Positions 36,530-49,949 of a stretch of 64,000 nt of DNA are shown here, one piece after another. The stretch is from assembly GCF_001194135.2 (NCBI RefSeq), contig NC_068986.1, forward strand, positions 109,664,874-109,728,873. The letters run 5' to 3'. This DNA is from Octopus bimaculoides (lineage: Eukaryota). Position numbers and translations under genes: made by a program. The notes beneath the pieces are model-generated. The model was given only the letters and a program-made list of their open reading frames with translations, ran no database searches and was not told the DNA's origin. Each line of letters starts with the position of its first letter. The first letter of the stretch is position 1.

Positions 36530-38106
36530 GTATATATATATACCTCCCAATGGCTGATATAAGAACAGAGAAGAGAGAGAGAATGAAAGAGAGTGAGATA
36601 ATAAATCTCTGTCAGGGTAGCGTAAAAAACAGTAGAATAGATGGGTTCTTATTGCTTATCCCAAGATATCTGTTTATCTTCTATTTCTAGCTGGTAGGAG
36701 AGAGCAGAGGCTCCTTCTCATTGGCTAAACTGGTTGGAGAAATAGATTAAGAAGACCTAATATAAACACAAGTAGAGTCGTTATGATATGGTCATTGAAG
36801 AACCTTGAAATCTTGAGGTTTAGTTCAAGCTATAATTCTTTATAGCATGGGAGAATGGAGTTGCCAAACTGGAAGTTGGCATTGCCAGCCAAACTCAGTG
36901 CAAACTAGTTTATTGTTTTTTTTAATTTTTTTTTTTTTATATCATATCCAACTTCATAGTTATATGTTTAGATATTGTTTTCTTTTACTTTCAAAAATGT
37001 CAGTTATACTGATACGAAGGTATGGAATTTGGAGTTTAATGAGGAAAAGCAAGGATGCATGTGTTTGTGTGTGTGTGTTTGTGTGTGTGTGTTTGTGTGT
37101 GTGTGTTTGTGTGTGTGTGTTTGTGTGTATCGTCAGTAGTTCATATATCCAAATAAGAAGCACATTCTAAAGCAGTATATATATATGTATGTATANNNNN
37201 NNNNNNNNNNNNNNNNNNNNNNNNNNNNNNNNNNNNNNNNNNNNNNNNNNNNNNNNNNNNNNNNNNNNNNNNNNNNNNNNNNNNNNNNNNNNNNNNNNNN
37301 NNNNNNNNNNNNNNNNNNNNNNNNNNNNNNNNNNNNNNNNNNNNNNNNNNNNNNNNNNNNNNNNNNNNNNNNNNNNNNNNNNNNNNNNNNNNNNNNNNNN
37401 NNNNNNNNNNNNNNNNNNNNNNNNNNNNNNNNNNNNNNNNNNNNNNNNNNNNNNNNNNNNNNNNNNNNNNNNNNNNNNNNNNNNNNNNNNNNNNNNNNNN
37501 NNNNNNNNNNNNNNNNNNNNNNNNNNNNNNNNNNNNNNNNNNNNNNNNNNNNNNNNNNNNNNNNNNNNNNNNNNNNNNNNNNNNNNNNNNNNNNNNNNNN
37601 NNNNNNNNNNNNNNNNNNNNNNNNNNNNNNNNNNNNNNNNNNNNNNNNNNNNNNNNNNNNNNNNNNNNNNNNNNNNNNNNNNNNNNNNNNNNNNNNNNNN
37701 NNNNNNNNNNNNNNNNNNNNNNNNNNNNNNNNNNNNNNNNNNNNNNNNNNNNNNNNNNNNNNNNNNNNNNNNNNNNNNNNNNNNNNNNNNNNNNNNNNNN
37801 NNNNNNNNNNNNNNNNNNNNNNNNNNNNNNNNNNNNNNNNNNNNNNNNNNNNNNNNNNNNNNNNNNNNNNNNNNNNNNNNNNNNNNNNNNNNNNNNNNNN
37901 NNNNNNNNNNNNNNNNNNNNNNNNNNNNNNNNNNNNNNNNNNNNNNNNNNNNNNNNNNNNNNNNNNNNNNNNNNNNNNNNNNNNNNNNNNNNNNNNNNNN
38001 NNNNNNNNNNNNNNNNNNNNNNNNNNNNNNNNNNNNNNNNNNNNNNNNNNTATATATATAGGTATAGTTCAGTAAAAAATTTAGATTCAAAATTGATATA
38101 TGTAGG

Positions 38107-38138
<32 letters not shown>

Positions 38139-39284
38139 TGTATGTATGTATGTATGTATATATATATATATGTTGCTAGTTTAATTTGCATAGTGCTATG
38201 TTGGTGACTTTGAATATACACTAAACAGTGTTTTTTCCCTGCTGTATCTGTGGGGTTAGGTAAACTGCTCTTCACACCATAGATAGATCTATATTTTTCA
38301 GTCCATGGAAACAAGAAGAAAACAGCATTTGTTTACAATTGGCACAATACACCAATGGATGTTGTGGGCTGAAAATAGAAGTTTAACCATGAGCCACACT
38401 CCAGATATAGCAGACAATAAAGGCAGTCTGTTGTATAATTAATTTGAACAAATCGTCAACATAACACCATGAATTCAAATAAAACTAATCGGTTGAGCAA
38501 ACTCACAACATTTAGTGACTATATATAGCCGTTAACTACATTTCTCTCTCTTTCTCTCTCTCTCTGTTCGGATCAAATAGTAATTTTATTTCCGATGTAA
38601 ATCCAGAAAGGATTGAAGTCAACCAGATAAACCCTTTGTTTTCTGTCTATGGGAAGGAGAAAGACATTTGTTTCCAACTGTCACAATACAGTTATGGTTC
38701 CAGTGTGCTGAAGAAGACATACAAACACAGGGATAGATTATACAATGAGCAATGAAGGAAACTGAGCCAAACCTTTGAAGTCACTGTCAAGCTTTTTCTT
38801 GGAAAAAATAAAGGACATAAATGGTTTCATCCTTCAATTACCATCTGTCCTTAAATTTAACTATGCATAAAAAAAAACAAACATGCATATATATATATAT
38901 ATAATGCTCTTAGCTTAGATTTTCCTTGGGGCTGGCCAGATTGGAGCAATATCGAGTATAACCAGCTGAAATTGCAAAGATAATCTGGAACTCGACTGAG
39001 GATAGAAAACTCCAAATGACCTGTTCTTGTTTTCTTTGTATCGTCTATCTGGATGTTTTGTTGTCCCTTTTTTTGTATCACCTAACTGTCTGGATGTTTT
39101 GCATTCTTGTCCCANNNNNNNNNNNNNNNNNNNNNNNNNNNNNNNNNNNNNNNNNNNNNNNNNNNNNNNNNNNNNNNNNNNNNNNNNNNNNNNNNNNNNN
39201 NNNNNNNNNNNNNNNNNNNNNNNNNNNNNNNNNNNNNNNNNNNNNNNNNNNNNNTATATATATATATATATATATACACATATC

Positions 39285-39319
<35 letters not shown>

Positions 39320-39501
39320 ATGTATGCATATGCTTCTGTGTGTATGTATGTATATATTTTTCTTGGCATCATATTACTGATATAGCAGATTATATATATT
39401 ATGTATACATAGTAAAAATTTATAGGAAAACAAAAGACGAAGACAGGTGTATGAACAACAAGCAGGTGTATTAGTTTAATGCTCAAGAAAATGAAAAAGT
39501 G

Positions 39502-39536
39502 TTTTATGTTTCGAGCCTACACTCTTCAGCAGAAAG
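39502..39536 (-). ncRNA. Minimal hammerhead-like variant (position 6 = C) in a Penelope-like repeat
   Basis: CUUU CUGCUGA A GAG UGUAGG CUC GAAA CA UA|AAAC. 3-bp helix I, 3-bp helix II. Confidence 0.5.
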
Positions 39537-40136
39537 GAATATGAGGAAATAAACATGTTTGTTTCTATGTCAAGTTATATAAATAAATAATTTAACATAA
39601 TTTAACATAATTTAACATAATTTAACTGAACCATTACTGAATACTTTTTAGTAGAATATAAGTTACTTTTGCAAGTAGAGATGTTACATCGACTGAGGTT
39701 TTGTCACGTGTGTATGTGAGTGTGGTCTATGTGTATGTGTATATTTACACACAGACACACGTACATACATACATATAAACATACATGCATACTACAACTG
39801 TGCATAACATTGGTACCTTTTGTCAAGTTGTTTGTTTGTCATTCAGTAGAAATAGATAAATAATAGCATCTCTGCTGTAATGAAGGGGTGGATGTGGTTC
39901 CGCTGCTGTTGTTATTTGTGAGAAGTTGTGAATTAACTCAGACGTAAAACAACAAACAAAAAGAAGAAGAAAAAAACGAATGTGTTTATATTTATAACAA
40001 CATATGTTGGGTAGCAGGGTGGCAGGGTAGCATCAAGTTATAACTGAGTTTCATAGAATAAGGTTATCAAAAATAGTTTCTTCACCCACTTCAGGGTTCT
40101 TTCTGAACCCTGATCTATTATTATTAGTATTACCAT

Positions 40137-40360
40137 GGTAGCAGGCTGGCAGAATCATTAGCATAACAGACAAAATGCTTAGCAGCATTTCGTTTGTCTT
40201 TACATTCCGAGTTCAAATTCCACTACGGTCAATTTTGCCTTTCTTCTTTTCAGGGTCGATAAAATAAGTAGTAGTTGGACACTGGGGGTCAATGTAATTG
40301 ACTCACCCACTCCCCCCACCGCCAAATTTCGACCCTTGTGCCTTTAGTAGAAAGGATTGT
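40137..40360 (+). mobile_element. Family B SINE
   Basis: Head, body and (ATT)n tail. Other copies: 14827-14980 (-), 40985-41130 (+), 41815-41985 (+), 43862-44072 (-), 45607-45835 (+), 45856-46065 (+), 48300-48500 (-), 48922-49070 (-), 54510-54936 (-), 63083-63185 (-). Confidence 0.85.
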
Positions 40361-40465
40361 TATTATCATTATTATTATTATTATTATTGCCTTTGCACAG
40401 CTTCTAACGCTGGAGATGTACTACAGTGTCAGCTGTTCACTACCCGTGAACTAAGGTAACACCAC

Positions 40466-40509
<44 letters not shown>

Positions 40510-40521
40510 ATATTATATTAT

Positions 40522-40694
40522 AGGTGCAGGAGTGGCTGGGTGGTAAGTAGCTTGCTTACCAACCGCATGGTTCGGGTTCAGTCCCACTGCGTGGCACCTT
40601 GGGCAAGTGTCTTCTGCTATAGCCTCGGGCCAACCAAAGCCTTTTGAGTGGATTTGGTAGACGGAAACTGAAAGAAGCCCGTCGTGTATATGTG

Positions 40695-40759
<65 letters not shown>

Positions 40760-40975
40760 TTATTTGTCTGTGTTTGTCCCCCCCCACCCCACCAACATCA
40801 CTTGACAACTGATACTGATGTGTTTACATCCCTGTAACTTAGTGGTTCAGCAAAAGAGACCGATAGAATAAGTACTAGGCTTACAAAGAATAAGTCATGT
40901 GGTCGATTTTCTCGACTAAAGGCGGTGCCCCAGCATGGCCACAGTCAAATGACTGAAACAAGTAAGAGTAAAAGA
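40522..40975 (+). mobile_element. Family A SINE, full length
   Basis: Head, CORE, (TA)(TG)n and tail. Other near-complete copies: 48515-48902 (-), 57088-57520 (+), 61860-62197 (-). Confidence 0.9.
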
Positions 40976-43900
40976 GAGTTATTATTACTATTATTATTTG
41001 CCATCGTCAGCTTTGCCTTTCATCCTTTCGGGGTTGATGAATTAAGTACCAGTGAGACACTGGGGTCAATGTAATTGACTCATCCCCTCCCCCAAAATGG
41101 CTGCCCTTGTGGCAAAATCTGAAACCATTATTATTATTATTATTATCATTAGATGTTGAAACCAAGAGAACAATGTAACTAAACTCCTATTTAAAAATGA
41201 ATTTTCAACAGGATTATTGAATAAAAAGAATTTTTCTTGTTTCTTGTTTTTTTTTCCCATTAACTAAAGGTTTTCAAATAAACAATCACCCTAATTCCCA
41301 GGGTGTAAAAAAGGTTTGTCTTTAGACATTTTATTGTGAACAGATATTATTGCAAACATCCATTTCTCTGTTTATTATTCGGAGTTCAATTATAACTACC
41401 TCTGTTGTGGAGGAGGAAGGTACTAAGCACAATTCTTCGTAACAATGACTGCCCCCACCACAATTTTCTGCAGAGAAACAGTTAAAAAAAAAAGAAGCCT
41501 AATAATTATGCTGTTTCAAATAATAACAAAAACAATATTTGGTTCCTACATAAAAATAAACAAAGAACAATAGACATCTTACACCAATATGCTTGATATA
41601 ATGTTGGTCAATAATTTGCCAGTCCTGGGTCGATAAAAATATATTTTGGACTTTTATGGAATGTGGGTCAACAACAGTTATTGTTTATTTTTGCTGCTGT
41701 TGTTTTCGGCCAGCCATGACAAATAACCAAAGGCATTCCAACCATACCCAACTTGTTTATTCATCCAGTTTATCTCAGGCTGTGTTTACATTATATGTTG
41801 TGACCATGTATGTAGGCATCGAGCTGGCAGAACTGTTAGCAGGCTGCGCAATATGCTTAGCAGTAATTCATCCGTCTTTATGTTCCAAGTTCAAATTCTG
41901 CTGAGGTTAACTTTGCTTTTCATCCTTTTGGGGTCAATAAAATAAATACCAGTTGAACACTGGGGGTCGGTGTAATCAACTACTCCTGGGTAAGAGCATA
42001 AGAATCTAACCCTTCTGCCAAGCCATGTCAAGCCAGTATCATAGAACAGGGTCATCAAACCAGTCTGATCTCAAATTTATGGCCTTCACTTCAGACCATG
42101 GTTGGTGGAGAGAGAATGCTGAGGGCCTTCGTCCTGCAGTGAACATTGGCAACCCAATCCAACATGTATTTAATGGGTTTTAGAATAGGGACTCTGTGTC
42201 ATTGCATGCTGTAAGTGGCAGTAAAATTGGGGAGCAACACAAAGGGCATTTGGCTGTGAAAATACTGCCTCACAAAAACACCATCTAACTTGTACCAGTT
42301 TGAAAAAGTGGACATTCAACACTGGTGATGATGACGATAATGATGATGGTGCCACTGCACTGGCTCCCGTGCAGGTGGCATGTAAAAGACACCATTTTGA
42401 GTGTGGCTGTTGCCAGTACCGCCTGACTGGCTTTCGTGCCGGCGGCACGTAAAAGCACCCACTACACTCTCAGAGTGGTTGGTGTTAGGAAGGGCATCCA
42501 GCTGTAGAAACTCTGCCAGATCAGATTGCAGATTGGGGCCTGGTGTAACCACATGGTTCACCAGTCCTCAGTCAAATCATCCAACCCATGCTAGCATGGA
42601 ATGCGGACGTTAAACGATGATGATGATGATGATGATGATGTTGTGATTTCTGAGTGATTTGGGTGTTGTTTGTAGTAGGTTGAATGACAATATAGAGATC
42701 TCATTTCATTGGCTTTCCATGTTGAATCAAAACCTATTTTTACAAAATATATTTTAGAAATTACAATTTTAGTATAATAAATTTCTTGTGTAGAAAATCT
42801 ACACACAGGAAATGAAAGAAAGCAAATAACAAAAAACCAATTCTGTGAATATTCCTCATTTGATTATAAAGATAGATGAGTCAGGTAGGATATTATATAA
42901 AGACGGTTAAAATTTTATAAGTCCACAAAAGTTGAATACATAACCTGTTTATTTACCAAAATAGAATTCTCTTCAATGCTCCAACTGTGTTGATACATGA
43001 GTTGTTTCAAAACAAACAAATAAAGGCAGGGTAAGGTCCCAGCCCTCGTCTATCAGCAACTGTCTTAAAATAGACAGATTGAATTTTTATCAGTGCTATC
43101 AAGACTAATTATAGCTGTGTATGGTAATTTATGATTGGAAATAAGTTGATAGACTGAACTCTTTATTACTTAACGTCTGATAAAGAAAGAATTGTGAGAA
43201 AATATTTGTGGTTTGTTTACCTAATTGAAAATATTTTAGTCTGATTAAGAGAGAGATAGCTTTTGGGGGGAAACGGGAAGTATTTGACTGAAGAAAACCT
43301 GACATTGGATCCGAACAAAACAATCCCAGAAATCCTTGCTATTTTGAAGTAAAAGAAATCATAAAATGCTCCACCCAGTGTTGTTTAGAACTGTGCCTGG
43401 AAATATTAGAGAGTAATTTTAAGAAATGAGAACATGGTTTGTTTATGGTTTATAAACGAAGTTTGTGGAACAGGAAGGAAACTTAGACAGGTTTTATCAG
43501 AAATCTATCAACAAGAAATGATTCACTTCTTGAACAATAAGAAGAAAATTAACGATGATGATGATGATGATGATGATGATGACCATGGTGATAAGAACAA
43601 TAAAGAATTAATTCTCAATAAAACAAATTATTCAGTTTTGATAAAAGACAGTAAAAGACACTCAAAAATATTTCTCAACTTTCCTTATTTAGAATTCCAA
43701 AGTGAAGGAAAATAGCAACAAGAGGTTATTTTTTGAAACCTGTTTCATAATTGGAGAATTGTCACTGTTTCTTCAACCTTTTACACTCATCACTGCTAAA
43801 ACCATTTCATTGCAATTCAGAGAATACAGAGAGCTAAGGTGTGAAACATGGAAGATTATAATCTTTTCTACTCTAGGCACAAGGCATGAAATTTTTGGGA

Positions 43901-44456
43901 GAGGATTAAGTCAATTAGATAAACCCCAGTACGCAACTGGTACTTAATTTATCAGACCTGAAAGGATGAAAGGCAAAGGTAACCTCAGTGGAATTTGAAC
44001 TCAGAGTATAAAGATAAACGAAATACCGCTAAGCATTTCGCCCGGCATTCTAACGTTTCTGCCAGCTCGCCAACTCAGAGAAAAATGGATATTAAAACAA
44101 TAATGGTAATTTACTAATTATCCTGTTCATTAACCTGCTCTTTCTATCTCTGTATATATGCATATATGTATCATCAATCTGTCTGTGAGCATCATTGCTC
44201 GTTAGGACCAGGTCAGCCCTAATCAAGCAGACTTGTGATCAAAGACATTCTAGCTGTGACCACCACACCTTCATATACATCCACAAATGCATTCATTGTC
44301 CAATGTATCCTTCCTATTTTTGAAAATGAAGTGTGAATTGCAGGAAATTTGCCTGCTATTTTTAGCAGGTTGAGTAACAACATACAAACCCCTTTGTGAG
44401 AAAGATAGAGAGGATGGGGGGGAAAGAGAAAGAGAGAGAGGAAGAGGGAGAGAGAA

Positions 44457-44497
<41 letters not shown>

Positions 44498-45224
44498 ACG
44501 CGTATGTGTGTGTACAGGTGTGTGTCTATGTCTGCAAGTGTGTCTGTGCATGTGTGTGCATGCATGTATGTGTGTATGCGAGGTGGGAGGGTTGGGTTAT
44601 AGCAGTTTTCTTCATTCCCTTTGTATTCTTTGTTTTACTTTTTCTTTCATCTCTTTTCTTCCTTTATCTGCTACACCATATTCATTCCTTTCTCATTCAT
44701 TCACTCAATCTCGTCCTCATTATTCCCAAATTTATTTAGGTCTTCCCTCCTCCTCCTTCACTTTTTATTTCATTTTTGACGTTTTTAGGTCAAGTAGTTC
44801 CTATTTTCATATTTCTTTTTATTTCATAAAATCTTATTAATGCTTCACATATTCCACACAACACCACCAACAGGGAGCCGATTAGGGCAAGGATGCGTGC
44901 AAGGGTCAGTGCTGGAAATAGCAACCAAATCTCCCTTAAATCACACCCTGTTAGTTTTTGTAAAAGGATACATTGGATGACCCTTTAATACAGTCTTGGA
45001 TTCCATACACAGAGAACAGACAAGGTGGTCACAACTGGAATGTCTGATCATAGGTGTGCTCAAATCAGATTGAGCTGGGATTAAACAACACCCCCCATAC
45101 ACACCCACACTAAGAGAGCCTCTACACCAGTGTTTCCCATTCTTTTTACCCTTGTGTAACCCTTAAAATAAATTACATGTTACAAGGAACCTCTGCACAA
45201 AAAGAATTATATACCATGTATCTT

Positions 45225-45519
45225 TCTCAAGATCCGCTGGATGGATTTGGATGAAACTTTCAGGGATGTTTGGTTTCGTGACTAGCATGAACTGATTAGA
45301 TTTAGGGATCAATCTGGTACCGGACAAGGATTCTGAATTATTTTTCCTGTTTTTTAACTTAATTTCTGAGAGCGGTCGGGTTCCTTTTTAGTATTCTTGT
45401 TTGTGAGAGCAGTCGAGTTTATTTCAGATATTCTCATTTTAAAAATCATCTCTGGCTAATCGTTGAGAGGACATTGGTGTTGCTTTGGCAGAGGTTTGTG
45501 CTCTCTGAGTGTTCTTGTT
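45225..45519 (+). mobile_element. Helentron/HINE-like non-autonomous element fragment
   Basis: gatttggatgaaacttt internal motif and terminal ggcagaggtttgtgctctctgagtgttcttgtt, next to a T-rich flank. Confidence 0.4.
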
Positions 45520-45539
45520 ATTATCATTATTATTATTTT

Positions 45540-45586
<47 letters not shown>

Positions 45587-46063
45587 ATAGCAGCAGCAGC
45601 ATTAGTAAGGTGGTGAACTGGCAGAAATATAAGTGCTTCAAACAAAATGTTTTGCAGCATTTCTTCAGGATCTTTATGTCCTGAGTTCAAATTCCGCTGA
45701 GGTCGACTTTGCCTTTCATCTTTCCAGATTTGATAAAATAAGTACCAGTTAAACACTGGGGTCAATGTAATTGACTTAGCTCCACACCTCTCGAAATTGC
45801 TGGCCTTGTACTAAAATTCGAAACCATTGTTGTTATTATTATTATTATCATTATTAGGTAGCAAGCTGGCAGAATCGTTACCACATCAGGCAAAATGCTT
45901 AGTGTTATTTCATCCATCTTTATGTTCTGAGTTCAAATTCTGCCAAGGTCAACTTTGCCTTTCAGCCTTGCGAGGTCAATGAAATCAGAACCAGTTGAGT
46001 TCAGCTGGTACTAATGACTTCCTACTCCTCCAAACTTGCTGGCCTTGTGCCAAAATTTGAAAC

Positions 46064-46111
<48 letters not shown>

Positions 46112-47749
46112 CATTATTATTTTATTTCAGTGTAGAAGGAGTTTATAAGCCATTTTAAAAAACTCACAAAAACCATTGGATTCACTTTGACATTAAAATT
46201 TAATTTGTGTCAAAATATTTTCGTTGCTTTGAAACCGCGACCTGTTCACTGACAAAATTTCGTGCTGCATCTATTATTTTGTTATTGTTATTTCATCATT
46301 CCATCATATGTAAATCCCCACACTCTATGTCTGTCTCTGTATTGTTCCCCCTCATCTCTCGCCCAGGTGGCAAACCATCCAAGCTCAATGCACAAGACAA
46401 CAGCTATAAGACCATAGCTTCTAGAGTCAGTGGGGCAGAGACAGCTATCTCTCTACCATCAGCTTTAGATTAACCTAGCTCTGCTTTAATTACTCCTAAC
46501 TACTTATCATGATTGTTCTCCAATTTCTAATTACCTACTTTCATTAATTTACATGACCTCAGTTTTTTTTGTTTTCTTTCTCTTTTTTTTCCTGCTGAAA
46601 TATCAAAAAAGAAACAAAAAAATCCTATAAAACCAGTCGTACATTTTTATTTTATAGTTTATCCATAAAGAAGCTATGTCTTATTTTAACCCATTTAAAA
46701 CTAGTTTATTGTTCTAATAAATCTTAATTAGTATTGTTGCTGTTTAACCCCAGGCCACCTTTGATCAAGCAGGGCAATGGTCAAAGATATTCTACCTCTA
46801 GCCAGCCCATCTTTTCAGACAGTTTATCTAAGACTAGATTATTCAATATCTAATACTTCTGCTATTTCTAGCAGGTCAAATAATCATGGAGAACTTTATT
46901 CATTGACTCATGGTGGTTATACAGTAAGAAAAGAAAATGCATGTGCACGCATGTGTGCACGCATGTGTGCACGCATGCATGTCCATGCGTATATATCATT
47001 ATATGGGAAGATGAAAAGCCTAGATGGACAATACCCTGTAGAACACAACTGCTAAACTTTGCAGTTCAACTTTGCAGTAGAGATTTTGCTTTGCTTGTCC
47101 ACATTAAAGATAAAAAATAGGGTGGTCATGGGTGGAACATTTGTCAGGTCTGACAGAGGCAAAACACCCACAACAAAAGTAAACTACTTAGTGTAGCTGC
47201 CAAGTTTCTTCAAATGGAAGGCTTGCCTATTTTTAGAAATAAGGAATATTTGTTATTGAGTCATCCATCTTGGAAGACAACAACAAAACATGTGACCAAA
47301 TCTTGTTTGGTTGGCTATCCTTGCACACTACGCCTGCTGACCCTGAAAGAATGAAGCAATGAAGTGGGATCTGAGGGAGATTTCATTGCTATTTCTAGCA
47401 GCTCATAACAGCCACTTCTTATCACAGCCAATTGGTTTAAAAAAGGATTAAGAAAAAGATAGATGATCCTACATACCCTTATAAAAGGCAGGATGGTCAT
47501 ATTTGAAATGTCTTTGACCGAAGCCTGCCAGATCAAGGATGACCTAGGGTTAAACTACACCAATAATTACAACAGCTGCTGCTACATAAGCAATACCACC
47601 TCTGGCACCATCACCACAACAATAACAATGGTCTCTGATTTAGGCACAAGGCCAACAATTTTGAGGGGATGGGTTAGCTGACACCGCTGACCCTAGTATT
47701 TGACACTAACCCTAGTATATTTTGGGCGACCTGGCAGAATCGTTTTTCT

Positions 47750-48220
47750 TCTCATGCCTCCTCATTGATATGACTGTCCCAATCGATATAAACGTATCTG
47801 TCAAGACCTACCAAAAACTGAGCAAGTATAAAGATCTTGAAATAGAAATTGGCAAAATGTGGAACTTGATGATTAAAACAATACCTGTTGTCATAGGGAA
47901 TGATAGCAAAGGGGGCTGATTGCTACCTAGCTCAGATACCAGGAAACCCCAAAATGGCAGAAATTCAAAAGATAGTGCTCATGGGAACTACCCATATCCT
48001 ATGTAAAATACTTTCTATGTGATCTCAAATTTTAAAACAAACTCATTTAAAACAAACATAATTTTCTTGTTTTCTTAAACATTCTCTAGAACAACACTAT
48101 GTACAAAACTAAATATATGACACCGTAGGTGTAACACCAACATGAACTTCTAACTTGTCTCTTGAGGTCTCTGGATGAGACTTGGAGTCAACTTGTACAA
48201 ATACAAAGCAAAAGTCAAAC

Positions 48221-48222
<2 letters not shown>
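47750..48222 (+). mobile_element. R4/Dong-like retrotransposon 3' fragment (restriction-like endonuclease domain)
   Basis: CLLIDMTVPIDINVSVKTYQKLSKYKDLEIEIGKMWNLMIKTIPVVIG, frameshift, then IPGNPKMAEIQKIVLMGTTHILCKILSM*. The 3'UTR ends in (TAA)n at 48223-48299. Confidence 0.85.
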
Positions 48223-48299
<77 letters not shown>

Positions 48300-48696
48300 C
48301 CTTTCTACTATAGGCACAAGGCCTGAAATTTTGGGGGAGGAAACCAGTTGATTACATTGACCCCAGTGCATAACTGGTATATATTTTATCAACCCTGAAA
48401 GAATGAAAAGCAAAGCTGACCTCGGGGAAATTTGAACACAGAATGTGAAGACAAACGAAACACTGCTAAGCATTTCACCCAACATACTAAGGATTTCTCA
48501 ATAATAATTCTTTTATATGATTCAGTCATTTGACTGTGGACATACTGGAGCACTGCCTCTAGTCAAACAAATCGACCCCAGGACTTATTTTTTGTAAGCC
48601 TAGTACTTATTCTATCGGACTCTATTGTTGAACCGCTAAGTTACGGGAATGTAAACACACCAACATCGGTTGTCAAGCGATGATGGGGGGGACAAA

Positions 48697-48736
<40 letters not shown>

Positions 48737-49070
48737 CATATATATATATATATATACGACAGGCTTCTTTCAGTTTCTGTCTACCAAATCCACTCACATG
48801 GCTTCAGTCGGCCCAAGGCTGTAATAGAAGACACTTGCCCAAGGTGCCACACAGTGGGACTGAACCCAGAACCATGTGGTTGGTAAGCAAGCTACTTACC
48901 ACAATAATAATAACAATAATAATTCTTTCTACTATAGGCATAAGGCCTGAAATTTTGGGAAAAGGGGTCAGTTGATTACATCAACCCCAGTGTGTAACTG
49001 GTACTTATTTCATCAACCCCACAAAAAATGACATGCAAAAATCAACATTGGTGACATTTGAATTCAGAAC

Positions 49071-49131
<61 letters not shown>

Positions 49132-49949
49132 CCATTCTACTACATATATTTCATGAGATACAACAAATATACTATTACCCTCATTAATAGTAATGTGTTA
49201 AATGAGTTTTGTTTCAATGTCATAAAGTAACCTCGGAACAAAAGTCTGTATTTTATAACCAACACTGCAACAGATAAAAGTAAACATTTATATACAGTGT
49301 CTTCATAGAACAGGAGAAATTAGTTTCAGTCTTGTATTGGGATTTCTTCAACAACCAGATCCCCTTTTTGTTAACTCTCCCCCGGCATATTGTTTATAAA
49401 TCCACTTTTACTAAAGCCATACATAAATGAAATCAACTGATTTGCATGTATAATGTATTCTTGCCGACTGGTTTGGTTAACACAATCACTGGAGCATGAA
49501 CAGGATTTTGTTTCACTGCTAGACTAAGGGCTATATCTGATTTTAGTCAATGCTGTATGTAAAGAGAGATATAAGCACCTTGCTTGTTAATGCACCACTA
49601 ATTTAATCAACATTGCCATCAAGATTGTGTTATATATACAAATCTGATTTACCTAATTATCAGAATTATTTAATCTAATTTCATATTATCTGATTTACAC
49701 CGTTTTTCTCAAACATTAAGTCTAATATTGATAACAACCTCTTAAGTTTTAATAAGCATTTCCTTATTCAACCATCATTGTAGAAAACGATTTATTCAAT
49801 AGAAACAATATTAAACTGACTGACAGCTTCACTACCAATATGAAAAACTTAGTAATATTTAACTGATACTAACTGCACATGCAGAAACACAACTGCATGT
49901 CTTCTCAAGCAGTTGTGCAATGCTGAAACAATTCCGTAAGAAACATAAA

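Noticed and set aside
38990-39025. Plus-strand CUGAGGA...CUCCAAAUG relic
   Set aside because: The 5' strand of helix II and G12 are missing; too degenerate, used only as a caveat for the strand-bias count.
42000-42180. Possible HDV-like ribozyme at an RTE-type 5' end
   Set aside because: I could not assemble the nested double pseudoknot by eye; a descriptor search would be needed.
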